Shown here in pieces: positions 63,301 through 64,000 of a stretch of 64,000 nt of DNA. Source of the DNA: Heteronotia binoei (taxonomy: Eukaryota). The DNA is taken from contig NC_083239.1 in the NCBI RefSeq assembly GCF_032191835.1, positions 24,800,001 through 24,864,000 on the forward strand. Direction: 5' to 3'. A program made the position numbers and the translations under genes. Numbering within the stretch: position 1 is the stretch's first letter; every line of letters begins with the position of its first letter. Below the pieces are notes generated by a model, which did no database searches, had not been told where the DNA came from, and saw only the letters and a list, made by a program, of their open reading frames with translations.

Positions 63301-64000
63301 GCGCTGCCACGAAGCCGTGGATCCATGATTTCTGTGGTGTAAGCTGTGCCCATGGACATGATATATGACTGGATGGATGGCTTGGGGGGATCCAAGGCAA
63401 AAATCATGTGTATCCATGAGGATCCGTGGTCCAAAAGCAAGTTTTTGGTCCCTGGCGCTGCCACGAAGCCGTGGATCCATGATTTCTGTGGTGTAAACTG
63501 TGCCCATGGACATGATATATGACTGGATGGATGGCTTGGGGGGATCCAAGGCAAAAATCATGTGGATCCATGAGGATCCGTGGTCCAAAGCAAGCTTTCG
63601 GTCCCTGGCGCTGCCACGAAGCCGTGGATCCATGATTTCTGTGGTGTAAGCTGTGCCCATGGACATAATATATGACTGGATGGATGGCTTGGGGGGATCC
63701 AAGGCAAAAATCATGTGGATCCATGAGGATCCGTGGTCCAAAACCAAGTTTTTGGTCCCTGGTGCTGCCACGAAGCCGTGGATCCATGATTTCTGTGGTG
63801 TAAACTGTGCCCATGGACATGATATATGACTGGATGGATGGCTTGGGGGGGATCCAAGGCAAAAATCACGTGGATCCATGAGGATCCGTGGTCCAAAAGC
63901 AAGTTTTTGGTCCCTGGCGCTGCCACGAAGCCGTGGATCCATGATTCCTGTGGTGTAAGCTGTGCCCATGGACATGATATATGACTGGATGGATGGCTTG
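60340..64000 (-). repeat. 154-bp satellite array, arm 2 (inverted; runs off the window)
   Basis: Reverse complement of the arm-1 monomer; diverged near 60.3-62.6 kb, homogeneous from about 62.6 kb. Confidence 0.97.

Noticed and set aside
54490-63975. Dozens of 100-370 aa ORFs with repeating HHRNHGSTASWQRQGPK / MDPHDFC motifs
   Set aside because: Artefact of a 154-bp monomer (154 mod 3 = 1) cycling through frames; longer ORFs arise where 153-bp variants occur. No splice or promoter support.
54320-64000. CRISPR-like array of palindromic repeats
   Set aside because: No unique spacers, contiguous tandem monomers, eukaryotic context, no cas genes.

Overview
Vertebrate genomic DNA, almost certainly a squamate and most likely a gecko (inferred from Sauria SINEs, 5S-headed SINEs, Squam3-like SINEs, CR1, BovB, Penelope, hAT and Harbinger MITEs). 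All spliced genes are on the minus strand: RRAGC exon 1 (592-861), complete MYCBP (5 exons, 7016-9109), single-exon GJA9 (9356-10423) with a shortened tail inside the MYCBP CpG island, RHBDL2 (7 coding exons, 21840-31305) and RCC1 (9 coding exons, 38601-50508; promoter about 53.0-54.0 kb). A TSD-flanked processed RPL17 retrocopy, a decayed Copia element and a solo LTR lie between the genes. The most striking coding signal is the RCC1 copy: its ORF (424 aa) and splice sites are intact, but the Ran-facing loops are heavily substituted (including D182H, H270Y, R325M, A354E/S355R, and a 9-aa insertion beside the beta-wedge) while the nucleosome-binding arginines are kept. Directly upstream of its promoter is a dyad-rich 154-bp satellite arranged as two oppositely oriented arms (about 54.3-58.6 kb and 60.3-64.0 kb) with mirror-image layering, higher-order repeats and a TE-filled spacer. 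Exon boundaries were read by hand from the sequence. Comparisons with human or Xenopus proteins are from recalled sequences and need alignment confirmation; repeat family names are from recognition, not a database search.
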